A stretch of 63,744 bases of DNA, the filler included, from Globobulimina sp. (Eukaryota): NCBI GenBank assembly GCA_003354225.1. It is 26 parts of 26 records of this genome, joined end to end, with 100 filler letters (N's around TTAATTAATTAA, not from the genome) between each part and the next. Parts side by side here need not be neighbours in the genome. Positions count along the whole stretch, not along the records: positions 1 to 2,357 come from PIVH01007173.1; positions 2,458 to 4,814 come from PIVH01007174.1; positions 4,915 to 7,271 come from PIVH01007175.1; positions 7,372 to 9,728 come from PIVH01007176.1; positions 9,829 to 12,185 come from PIVH01007177.1; 21 more parts are not named here. One strand, written 5' to 3'. Under the pieces are notes generated by a model, which did not search any database, had not been told where the DNA came from, and was given only the letters and a program-made list of their open reading frames with translations. How positions within the stretch are numbered: the stretch's first letter is position 1; each line of letters starts with the position of its first letter. Positions 1 to 10,146 of this stretch are shown piece by piece. The position numbers and the translations under genes were made by a program.

Positions 1-1960
1 TAATTTTATTATGATGCATCTGGATCTCCCCCGCGTGACTACTCGTCGCCGATGCATCCATACTCAATTCGGACGGATTCAATTCCATCTCATTTGCGTT
101 ATGATTGGTGACCACAATCATGTTCTCTTTCTGCTTCTGCTGCTGTTGCGCCTTCTGTTTCTTCTGCACATTCTTTTCTTTTTTGAGCTCTTGCATTTCC
201 TTCATTTCCTGCCTAATCACATCATCCTCAATCAACAGACCTCTCTCTCGGTCCTTTGCTCGCAATCTCATAATCATTTCCGTCACTAATTCCAAGTCAT
301 AAATATTTTCGTGATGTTTATTAATCTCAAACATTTCCGCCATGACCTCGTACATAGTCAGTGCCGTATTGATATAATCCGCGCTGAAATTGAGAGACAT
401 TAATATTCCTTCCACGGCATCGCGCGATTGGAATAAATTTTGAACACGCTTCAATTCCTTTAACTTGTCCTTGATCTCTAAGCGATAGATTATCTCACGG
501 ATAATGGTGATGTCATACAGCTCCACGTTGCTCGCATCATAATGCTTCTCGTAAACTATCAATGCGCGACCTATGAACTCGCGACTAAAGCCATAGCGCA
601 ACAACACAGTGATTATATCTACATCGCCGTAGCTCGAATCTTTAGAAACAAGGTCGTGTAGTTCTTGTTTTTTATATTGTTGCATGTTCATAGCGAATTT
701 CATGTTATTTGAATCGGCCAAAAATGCCCGATGACTCCCTTTAATATTATTCATGGAGTCGTTGTTATCCATGGGAAGGGAGGGCAAGTCTTGAAAATCG
801 GGTTTCTGTAACTGTCCAAGCTCATAACTGGCAGATGACTGCTCGTTGTTTTTTGTGTGGTTCACATTGACACTAATATTTATGTGCTCGCTCGGTGAGT
901 TGAGCTCAGAGTCGGATAATATGAGGTCCCTCGCGTGCGGGTTGCCGTGTATTGGTACATTTAGATGTTTGTTTGCAGATTTTGAGGAGGGAGCCGGTGG
1001 TCGTAATTCAATGGAAACGCGGGGTTTGGACTGCTTTTCAGCCGCTACGGGCGGTGGTTGTGGTGATGGTGTTTGTAAGGTGGGATTAACGAACTGATTA
1101 CAATAATATCTACAAACAACATCGATACAACCACAGAAATATAGATAATTAGGGTTGGCAAATTGGAATTGAAATAGGATACAAATGGCAGTGATATATA
1201 CATCTAATAATAGACAAATATCGGCAAATTGCTGTTGATAACCATATGAAATGTGATAGACTGAGAATATGAAGTTCATGATTAAGACGAATAAGATTAG
1301 CAAACTAAATAACGTGCATATTATGATAAGAATTGTATTTTTTGTGATTGTGTTCTTCAAATTGACCTCATTATCTTCTTCAAATTGTTGATAATTATCA
1401 GAATATCGCGTATAGACTTGGATTAATTTAAATATATATAATATGATAATAGATAATGTGATAAAAATGCCACCGCTTAAGCCTAATACAATGAATATTG
1501 TGTATAAGGATTTGATGCTAATTAAGATGGTTAAGATGGGGGAACATATGAATATAATTGAATATATTCGTATTGTTAATTGTGATAAAGCATAGGGTGT
1601 ATTAGAGAGTGTATAATACAAACGAATAAAAAGAACAATCCATAAGAAATATAATTGAATTACATATAAATCACCAAATATAATATCAAATATAATTTTC
1701 TGTGCTTCTTGGTCAATATGAATATAATTACAATATGATAAACCATAAAATGTGCATTTAATTAATATTATGATTGAAATGAAGACAAATATCAATCCTG
1801 AATAAAATAACCATGCTGGTGGTCGTTTTAATTTGTCTTTTAGTCGGTATCCATACATAAGTTTCGATGCTAAATAAAAAATTGAGACGACTGCGAGAGA
1901 CGCTGTTAATGTGTAACCCATTGCATAGCCATGTCGGCCTGTACTGCAGTCAGCAGACAT
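1..1960 (-). CDS. 7TM receptor-like protein with long cytoplasmic tail carrying tandem UBA-like helical repeats; 3' partial (>653 aa), absent from ORF track
   Basis: Manual translation from ATG 1960 is open to the window edge: MSADCSTGRHGYAMGYTLTASLAVVSIFYL..., about 7 hydrophobic segments, LFIRLYYTLSNTPYALS, ITKNTILI, YLYFCGCIDVVC, then YGFSREFIGRALIVYEKHY... Confidence 0.8.
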   Translation of the reverse strand, partial: MSADCSTGRHGYAMGYTLTASLAVVSIFYLASKLMYGYRLKDKLKRPPAWLFYSGLIFVFISIIILIKCTFYGLSYCNYIHIDQEAQKIIFDIIFGDLYVIQLYFLWIVLFIRLYYTLSNTPYALSQLTIRIYSIIFICSPILTILISIKSLYTIFIVLGLSGGIFITLSIIILYIFKLIQVYTRYSDNYQQFEEDNEVNLKNTITKNTILIIICTLFSLLILFVLIMNFIFSVYHISYGYQQQFADICLLLDVYITAICILFQFQFANPNYLYFCGCIDVVCRYYCNQFVNPTLQTPSPQPPPVAAEKQSKPRVSIELRPPAPSSKSANKHLNVPIHGNPHARDLILSDSELNSPSEHINISVNVNHTKNNEQSSASYELGQLQKPDFQDLPSLPMDNNDSMNNIKGSHRAFLADSNNMKFAMNMQQYKKQELHDLVSKDSSYGDVDIITVLLRYGFSREFIGRALIVYEKHYDASNVELYDITIIREIIYRLEIKDKLKELKRVQNLFQSRDAVEGILMSLNFSADYINTALTMYEVMAEMFEINKHHENIYDLELVTEMIMRLRAKDRERGLLIEDDVIRQEMKEMQELKKEKNVQKKQKAQQQQKQKENMIVVTNHNANEMELNPSELSMDASATSSHAGEIQMHHNKI

Positions 1961-2357
1961 GATGACTAATATTAATTCAGTGAGAGTGAAGTACCTTAAA
2001 AGATTTTCGATAAGTTGGGGCTGGACGTGCCTTAAAAAAAATGAAAGCTACTCTTGTCACAACATATAGTTTTCCTTTTTCGTGTGGTTTTCAACCAAAT
2101 CTCATTATCAATGCAGAAAATGAATTGGGAGAGGTACAGGATTTGGAGGGAAATCTTATTATCAGGGAAGAGGGAGAGGAACAACTGTTAGAAATATCAA
2201 TGAAAATGATAAAACAAAGCTTTTATCCCTTCACATTGTAATCAATATAGCTCATTTGGAACTTTACGTTTTTGTATTTCGTTTTTGTTTTTGTAATCAA
2301 TATAGCTCATTTGTAATCAATAGTTGCATATTTTCGTTTTTGTATTGAAATAATGAC

Positions 2358-2457
2358 NNNNNNNNNNNNNNNNNNNNNNNNNNNNNNNNNNNNNNNNNNN
2401 NTTAATTAATTAANNNNNNNNNNNNNNNNNNNNNNNNNNNNNNNNNNNNNNNNNNNN
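2358..2457. other. Artificial contig linker (N44-TTAATTAATTAA-N44), first of 25; contigs start at 1, 2458, 4915, 7372, 9829, 12286, 14742, 17198, 19654, 22110, 24566, 27022, 29478, 31934, 34390, 36845, 39300, 41755, 44210, 46665, 49120, 51575, 54030, 56484, 58938, 61392
   Basis: Identical six-frame-stop spacer every ~2455 nt; contig lengths fall steadily from 2357 to 2354. Confidence 0.99.
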
Positions 2458-4665
2458 GCAGCAATACATTATTTTATGCCAAATTTTAGTGATTTCCCAG
2501 ATATAAATGGTAGTGATTTGTCGTATGGGGGATGTAATGACGATGAATTAAATGGAAATAGCCGTATCCGCGACGGTCAGTGGGTCAATACAGATATGAC
2601 TGCACCGGGTGCGATATTCGCGTACGGTTTAATGTATTTAAAAACAAATAACAAGTCTGCTGCAAAAAGACTAATTATTCCAAACAAACCGTATTTATTG
2701 GATCATATTCAAGCGGCATGGATATATCTAAAAGTTGTCTGTAAATGTATTATATTATGGGATCATATAACTTACAAACAGTCGTATTTTAGCAAACAAA
2801 TCCCGCAATTTATACAAAATAACTTCCCATATAAACATTTAATAAAAGCATATGATTGCAATCCGAATCCGAATGCGAATGCGAATGCTAATCCGGTTGA
2901 CAACAATGAATACAATGAACCGAATATTGATTATCATGCAATTACTTTGGCATTTATAAATATAATAAGTGCCACCTGTTTTGCGATTGGTTTAAAATAT
3001 GCAGGTACCCATAACAAGAATGCACATAAAATAATCTATCATTATTTATTACAATTCTTAAACTGCAGAAAGAATAAAATAAATAATTGTAATGTTGATA
3101 GATATACAATAGAAACAACATTAGGCGTAATTGGCATATCATTATCGTTGATAATGTGTGGAAGCGGTGATTTGGAAACATTTAAAATATTTCGTGAATT
3201 GCGAATGTGTATTGATTCAGAGATAACATACGGCCATCACCAAATGTACAGTATGTGTGTTGGCTTCTTATTTTTAGGTGGCGGTAAACTAACATTAGGC
3301 AATAATAAGTTGGCAATTGCATCCTTATTAATTTCCTGTTATCCGCGATTCCCTATTAATACATTGGACAATCAATTTTATTTGCAAATATTGCGACATT
3401 TGTATGTATTGGCCATTCAAAAAAGACATATTAATACAATTGATATTGACACAAATTTGCCAGTTAGCGTACCGATAAAAATCCAATTATTAAATCAAGA
3501 TATAGCACTTTGGAAACATACACCATGTTTGTTACCAGATTATAATACAATATCCAGCATAAAAATAAATTGCAATGAATTTTGGGATATTGAATTTAAT
3601 AATTTACAAATTAACCGTATTGCGTGGAAATCAATTATAAGTAACAATGGTATTATTTATTTAAAAAGAAAATGTGGATACACTGCAAAAGGATATGATA
3701 CACAGTATCAATATAATAATATTGTTAATGTTTTGAATAATAATAATAACAATAATAAACAACCACAAATTAATAACATATTATTTGATAATAATAAGAA
3801 GAAACAATCCGATTTAGTTCGTGCATTTGGTGCAAATCCGAATATTTTAGAGTTTGCCAAACAATTTGCATCACCTTTTACTAAAATGGGTAAATTTTGT
3901 GGTTATGTGTTATATGAATGTTTAAGTAATGCAAAATCGGAAATGATTGAAAGTTATATCAAATTATATCATGCGATATCGAATAATAAATCGATTGAAT
4001 CGAATAATAATTTTATTGCTTGGGATATTAAACTGTTGAACACATTTTATCAAAATAATAATAATAATAATAATAATAATCCATTAATACAAAAACAATT
4101 TGTTGCTGCATTAAAAAATAAATTTGAAACATTATACCGATCAGTATTTGAAGATAATAAAAGCGGACAAGATTTATTGTTAAAATATATTAAGAATGGC
4201 TGGAATTTATATGATAATAAGAATAAACCAGAAACGTTACAAATATTACAAACATTAGGCGCATTTTTATCTTATTCCGAAATGGATACATCTTTGATAA
4301 TAAATAATGCGTTGCAATCATTAAATAATACAATTAATATTTCTACAAAATTAAATAACAACAATAACAGCAATAAATTATTATTATTGCCTTTGTTAAA
4401 TATAGCAATTAAATCCGAAATAAAAAAAATAAATTCAACATTTGGTTATTATGGAAATAGCGGATTTGGATTCAATCCATTAAATAGTAAAACAAATAAT
4501 GTTCAAAATACTCCATCAATGTCATCATTTGTAGAAACACCGACATTCGCACAAACACCAAAACAGTTTATTATCAATAATGACAATAAAATTAATAATA
4601 ATAATTTGATATGTTTACCACAATCATTTGGTTTATCCGTACTGGCAAATGTTTTGACAAAATAA
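2458..4665 (+). CDS. ANAPC1: Anaphase-promoting complex subunit 1, C-terminal part (5' partial)
   Basis: VNTDMTAPGA, GLMYLKTNN, GLKYAGT, GSGDLE, ITYGHH..GFLFLGGG, YPRFP..DN.FYLQ.LRHLYVLA motifs of the APC1 PC-repeat region. Confidence 0.93.
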   Translation, partial: AAIHYFMPNFSDFPDINGSDLSYGGCNDDELNGNSRIRDGQWVNTDMTAPGAIFAYGLMYLKTNNKSAAKRLIIPNKPYLLDHIQAAWIYLKVVCKCIILWDHITYKQSYFSKQIPQFIQNNFPYKHLIKAYDCNPNPNANANANPVDNNEYNEPNIDYHAITLAFINIISATCFAIGLKYAGTHNKNAHKIIYHYLLQFLNCRKNKINNCNVDRYTIETTLGVIGISLSLIMCGSGDLETFKIFRELRMCIDSEITYGHHQMYSMCVGFLFLGGGKLTLGNNKLAIASLLISCYPRFPINTLDNQFYLQILRHLYVLAIQKRHINTIDIDTNLPVSVPIKIQLLNQDIALWKHTPCLLPDYNTISSIKINCNEFWDIEFNNLQINRIAWKSIISNNGIIYLKRKCGYTAKGYDTQYQYNNIVNVLNNNNNNNKQPQINNILFDNNKKKQSDLVRAFGANPNILEFAKQFASPFTKMGKFCGYVLYECLSNAKSEMIESYIKLYHAISNNKSIESNNNFIAWDIKLLNTFYQNNNNNNNNNPLIQKQFVAALKNKFETLYRSVFEDNKSGQDLLLKYIKNGWNLYDNKNKPETLQILQTLGAFLSYSEMDTSLIINNALQSLNNTINISTKLNNNNNSNKLLLLPLLNIAIKSEIKKINSTFGYYGNSGFGFNPLNSKTNNVQNTPSMSSFVETPTFAQTPKQFIINNDNKINNNNLICLPQSFGLSVLANVLTK

Positions 4666-4914
4666 CAACGCTTTTATTTCTATCACTATTTAAACTTGCT
4701 ACAATATATATATTTAGGCTCTTTCCTTACGCATACACCACAATTTTATTCAGTAGTAATACACCACAATATATAAGCCACAAGTCAGTAATTTCGTGGC
4801 TTATATATATAAATNNNNNNNNNNNNNNNNNNNNNNNNNNNNNNNNNNNNNNNNNNNNTTAATTAATTAANNNNNNNNNNNNNNNNNNNNNNNNNNNNNN
4901 NNNNNNNNNNNNNN

Positions 4915-5075
4915 AGCAGGCCGCTCAACTGGCTGACTTTATCAACACAGTCATAAGTAATATTGACAATGAGACGGTCATTGAGACGGTGGGGAGGGAT
5001 GTGCTCATGCTCTGTTCACAGTTCCCCGTGCCAGAGCACTTTATTGTTCCCAAGAAGAGCAACGGCGTTGTCTAA
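4915..5075 (+). CDS. glyA: Bacterial serine hydroxymethyltransferase, C-terminal fragment
   Basis: Frame from 4917 reads QAAQLADFINTVISNIDNETVIETVGRDVLMLCSQFPVPEHF...*, matching the GlyA terminal helix pair ending in CxxFPV; GC much higher than host. Confidence 0.72.
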
Positions 5076-5147
5076 TAAATACAAACGACGCAGTCTCATG
5101 GCCAATGAGGCCGGTGTGCCAGTCAGGGACATTGGGCAAGATCTCGT

Positions 5148-5362
5148 ATGAGCATGGACATACTCAACATAGGTGTTTTGGGATTGGATCGGCGTGGGCA
5201 ACTGGCGATTCGGGCGATTTCTGAATTGTCGGAGTTGCGTATCTGCGCGGTTGCGGATCGTGACACGCAGAAGGCGGAGAAGGCCGCTGCTCTGTTGGAA
5301 TGTGACGCCTACGATGACTATCGCCAGTTCATCATTCAGGGAGAGTTTGACTGTCTGTTTGT
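5148..5362 (+). CDS. Bacterial Gfo/Idh/MocA family oxidoreductase, N-terminal fragment truncated at a chimeric junction
   Basis: LNIGVLGL...ICAVADRD...AYDDYRQFI...DCLFV Rossmann N-terminus; composition switches abruptly to AT-rich near 5362. Confidence 0.8.
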
Positions 5363-6745
5363 CATTTTCAGGGCGAACAAAAAAATCAATGGATTTGAGT
5401 ATATTATATTGGATCCTTTGATATTGTTTTCCAATCTCAACATATAATGCATCCGTACAATCGAGGAACATTAACTGTGTGTGATCACTGCTGAATCCAT
5501 ACCATATGGAACCAACATAAAAGTCAGAGTCGGGGTATAAAGCCAACATTGTTTCAGGTACATTGCCGCTAAATGACGATAATATAATCTCTATGCCCAA
5601 TTCATTGCATCTTGTCATTATCTGTTGTGTTAAAGCTAATTGTTGGTCAAACCAATGCTTTGTCAAACTTAATTAACATTAAAATCATTAATTTTGATGA
5701 ATTATTCACGACACAAAAGCATGAATATGTACAGTAATCATTATACAATGAATAATTCAGCAAAAAAAAATAAATTTAAAAGCAACCTTAACACTCTTTT
5801 TTCCTGTATATATCTCGGAGGCCAACCTTTTAAATTTCCCATTCTAAACCAAGCAAAAAAAGCGGGACCAACGAAATATTCCATCAAGTCATCGTGAGAT
5901 AATTTAAAGTGTTTGGTCCATAAAACATATTCAATCAACTCGTTGAGCGATGGCAACAAAAACAAGTTAATATTATTCATCGCCATCCAATCGATATGAG
6001 GTTCCCATTCAGCAAAAGTCCAAAACGCCATGGAATAGCTATCTGTGCAAGGATTTTTATAATAGGTATGTTCATATTGACGATAGCCATAAACAATGTT
6101 ACTGACTGGGTTATGGATGGTGTCGTTGATAAATTGGTAATATTCGTCATATACAAATTGAATGTTATTCCCAGTCCAGGAGACAGATAATAGCCAATAA
6201 TTATTTATGTAATAATTTAAGCCAGAAATGATGGATAAAATATCAGTGCCAGCGATGATGATTGCATCTGGTTGGATATCTATGGTATAACAGCCATAAA
6301 TGGTTGATTTTGCAGTGGGTGATACTGCAGCACATAACGTTGAAATGGGTTGAATGTCGAATTTGAATTTATCACTGATTGTAGCTACATCAATATCGGA
6401 GGGATGTTTTTGTTGCAAAATACGACGCAGTAAAGCATGAATTACGTTTGTGTCAGCATTCGGGTTGAAGTTATGATGAGTGGCTGATTCATGTTTTGTT
6501 TTTTTGTGATTTGAATAAACGCCGATATTGTTTGGTCGCGTTTGTGGTGATTCTGTCAAGGTGATAGGTGAAAGTCGTTGGTAATTTGTGTATGGATAGC
6601 TGACGTACAATACAGTGACGAATGTAAATATCATTAAACAAAACCAGACACAGAAGAGACATAAGCACCACCATTTTAAATGCTTGATGCGTGAAATTCT
6701 AACGAGTGTGTTGAAAAAGAAATTCTTGGCCTGGCCTCGTGCCAT
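5363..6745 (-). CDS. NAGLU: Alpha-N-acetylglucosaminidase (GH89), 3' truncated; intron 5668-5786
   Basis: YYKNPCTDSYS..W...WE..IDWMAMNNIN, GPAFFAWFRMGNL, then WFDQQL.L..QIM.R..ELG..FSGNVP; N-terminal signal anchor. Confidence 0.92.
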
Positions 6746-6804
6746 GGTTAGCTAGTTTTTGATTTTGCACAAATACTGAAGTTAATTGTTTTCAAAATTT
6801 CAAA

Positions 6805-7271
6805 TTATGAAATTGATCCGTCCATAATTCCTTGAATTACAGGTTGAAGATTCTCTTGCATATATTTATCAGTTGTACACAATGAACCATTCATAGTATA
6901 TCTCATAGTTATAACAAATTCCACTCCGTGATTTGGAATAACATTATCTGTGTCGTATACTGGCAAACATGTATATGAATTATGGACAATATCACTATTC
7001 CCATCACCGAGTTTACTTAATATTCTCCATCGACCTTTTGTATTTTCATCAATCTGTGATATATTTTGTAAACATGATTGAATATACCATGCGATATCAG
7101 TGGATCCTCCGCCCCATAAAATACCTGGAAACATGGTACTATTCATCGGCCCATACATTAATTGCTTAACATCCTCCCACTCAGCATTTGGATATTTCCA
7201 TTGTGGCTCTTCTCGCGTCATTATGATCCTTTTATACATTTCAGACTCAGCAATTGCTGATAAACTGTTTG
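6805..7271 (-). CDS. Hypothetical protein, 5' partial
   Basis: Frame open from contig edge: NSLSAIAESEMYKRII...WEDVKQLMYG..FPG..WGG..WRILSKLG. Confidence 0.6.
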
Positions 7272-7371
7272 NNNNNNNNNNNNNNNNNNNNNNNNNNNNN
7301 NNNNNNNNNNNNNNNTTAATTAATTAANNNNNNNNNNNNNNNNNNNNNNNNNNNNNNNNNNNNNNNNNNNN

Positions 7372-9728
7372 TTCATCGATTTTTTCATTCTCAACTTTAA
7401 CATTTATACATAATATTTTAAATGATGACCTTTTTATCATGCTTTCTGATTCCGAATGGTGTTGTTCATCCCACAGATCTGTGAACTTATTACTTTCAAC
7501 ATTATCAAAATTAATCGGCAGTGATCTAAATGTGCTCATTGACTGCGACATTGGTAATGTTGTGGTTGGTATATGATCATTATGCAAATTGGTATATGTA
7601 TTATAAGTATTATCGCGTCGCGTTGTTGCTCTATTTATAGCAAATAATTTTGATACATATTCACGATCAATATCCAAAGGTGCCACCTCTGATTTATTTG
7701 CTTCACTTTGCTCGATCTCAAATCTTACTCTCTTTTCTACAGTTTTATTTTCTTTATTTTTATCATCTTTTCCATCTTCATCGATATCCTCATTATGATC
7801 GTTTGGATATATCATTGGATTTGGAATCTTGAATGATTCGACAGCGGCGAAGCCAAAGTTCGTCGTAGCAAACATGGACATATTTGATGGTTTTAATAAT
7901 TGCTCGATTTTATTGAATGGTATAATAAATAATAAATATTGATTTTGCCAAATTGGAGTATTTGTATTATAAATAATGTATGATTTAACCTCGGTGTTTA
8001 TCGCAGGAATTGATACGACCGCAAAAGGATTAAATGTCTGACCATTATTACTATGCAAATCAGCGGATAATATTTCCACAATAATTGGGACACCTTCTTC
8101 TTCACATAATGCCATTGTATACTTTTCGTGTTTTGGCTCAAGCATTGAATCAATAATACATTTTTTATATTCAACTTCATTCAATTTATGATAATTTGAC
8201 GCAATTAATAATGAGATCAAATTAAGCGAATGATTTTTTAACGCAAAGTTTAACGAATGATCATAATCCAATAAAGATATCCTTTGTTTCGAGGACCTTA
8301 TCTTTAACAATAAGTCTAAGAGCCATATTTCATTCTTATTTGCATGATCAGCACCAATTAAATCCCAAAACAGTTCACAAACATTATACGAACTGACAGA
8401 CCGTGCCACATCTTTTCTCATTACAATACAACATCGCGCAAACTCGGCAAAACCAAAATTTTGATTTTGATCAATGTCAAATATTTCAAATAAATAATTA
8501 ATATCTTGCTCTTGTCGGGATAGAATTAATTCTAATCTTTTATTATCCGCTTCATCATTGTACTGCGATATTGTTTTTCCAAAGTATTTGCATGATAAAC
8601 GGTGCAAATTCTCGATTGTATACATTGATATTTTCAATGTTGATATGTTGCAGGAGGGAGTAATAAATGCCTTTGCCACTAAGCCCAATCCATCAGTATC
8701 CAATCTATACTGGCTCCAATTTACATTGATTCCAGTTTTGCTGCCACGTTCTATGGCAGGTAAATACGGCACGAATTTAAATGAACCTTGAAAGACCACA
8801 GTAACATATTCCACAAAATTCATGCCATTCTTTTTGGATTCAACAATCAATACAATGCACCAAAATATTGTTACAATCAAAGAGGATATCAATGCCAACA
8901 CAACACTCCATACATTTATAGCTAATCCATCATTTGATTGAGCCAATAATATTAATAGCAGTAATTGCAAAATACTTTGCGGCAATGATTCAGCAAAAAT
9001 CTCTGAAACTCTTCGCAGTTTCCAATATCCTAACTCTTCAAAGGAAATTACTCTCAATTTTAAGAATTTATGATCAGTAGCAATGCAAACGGATAATAAA
9101 TAAAGCAATGGGCGAAGTACTGAATATTCTAAAACATGCAATATGTCGCCAAGCAATAACACCAACATACCAATTGGCGCAATGCTAAATAATATAACAG
9201 CTACTTTCCAATAAAGTGGTATGTGATTTAATTTATTTGCGGAGAGTTGAATTTGCATATTATGCACTTTTCGCACCAGCCATTGCGTTGTAGCAACCCA
9301 TGCAATTAAATACGGTGAAATTAGAAATATAACGGATGTCATAAAAAATAATGTTGCTGATGTACCAATGCTTGTCGTTGTTACTTTATAGAGTTGCACT
9401 ATTACAATAACATCGGTTATGATATCACTAAATATAACCACTTCAATGCCAGCTTGGATGAATACAATTAATAGCATTGGACACCAGGGATGAACTCGCA
9501 TCCATCCAATCACCCAATTTAGCAAACTTAATTAAGGTAGCATAGCAACAGAAGTATTTGAGAGGAAAGTTGCATTCATTCAGCGTCATAGAAACAGTTC
9601 TCAGGATCTCGTTTGTTGAGAAGCGTTTCTGTGACGCTGCTCAGTATAAAAAATCAAATATTAGCTACCTTAATAGAGTTGAAATACATTTTCCTTTTTT
9701 TGGTTGAACATTGTCATTGGTTTCGTGC
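7372..9728 (-). CDS. XK-related (XKR-like) multi-pass membrane protein with EF-hand and C2 domain; partial at both ends; intron 9527-9668
   Basis: DIITDV and EIFAESLPQSILQL (XK family ESxPQxxLQ); FDIDQNQNFGFAEF EF-hand; NPFAVVSI...NTNTPIWQNQ C2 motif; upstream exon HETNDNVQPKKGKCISTLLS joins in phase 2. Confidence 0.7.
9536..9669. mobile_element. Kolobok-like MITE forming a spliceosomal intron
   Basis: TTAA-GGTAGC...GCTACC-TTAA; internal 23-bp inverted arms 9581-9603 and 9617-9639; further tatttga/tcaaata pairing. Confidence 0.75.
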
Positions 9729-10146
9729 NNNNNNNNNNNNNNNNNNNNNNNNNNNNNNNNNNNNNNNNNNNNTTAATTAATTAANNNNNNNNNNNNNNNN
9801 NNNNNNNNNNNNNNNNNNNNNNNNNNNNTATAAATACTCGACACTTTTCACTAACTTTTCACGAAAGCCATACTCTCGCATTTTTTTAGCGACACAAACT
9901 GGCATTAACTAATCGTCACGCGTTTTGATCTCAGGATGTTTGCAAAATGCACTCACCGATTTATCAGGATTTGCTTCAAATAATACGGGTTCCGGTTCCA
10001 TATATTTACTGATACTCTCCTTTGCTTTTTTGTAAAATAGACGGAGTTTGCTTGGTGAGTTGGAATCAGACATTGTTCAAAGAGATGTTTGCGGAAATTG
10101 TTTTTTTTTTAATTTGCAAAAAACTTTTGTCAGAATTCTCACATTA

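Noticed and set aside
2237-2322. Short local direct repeats (also near 21815-21890, 51640-51700, 60560-60640)
   Set aside because: Simple slippage duplications in AT-rich intergenic DNA with no spacer structure.
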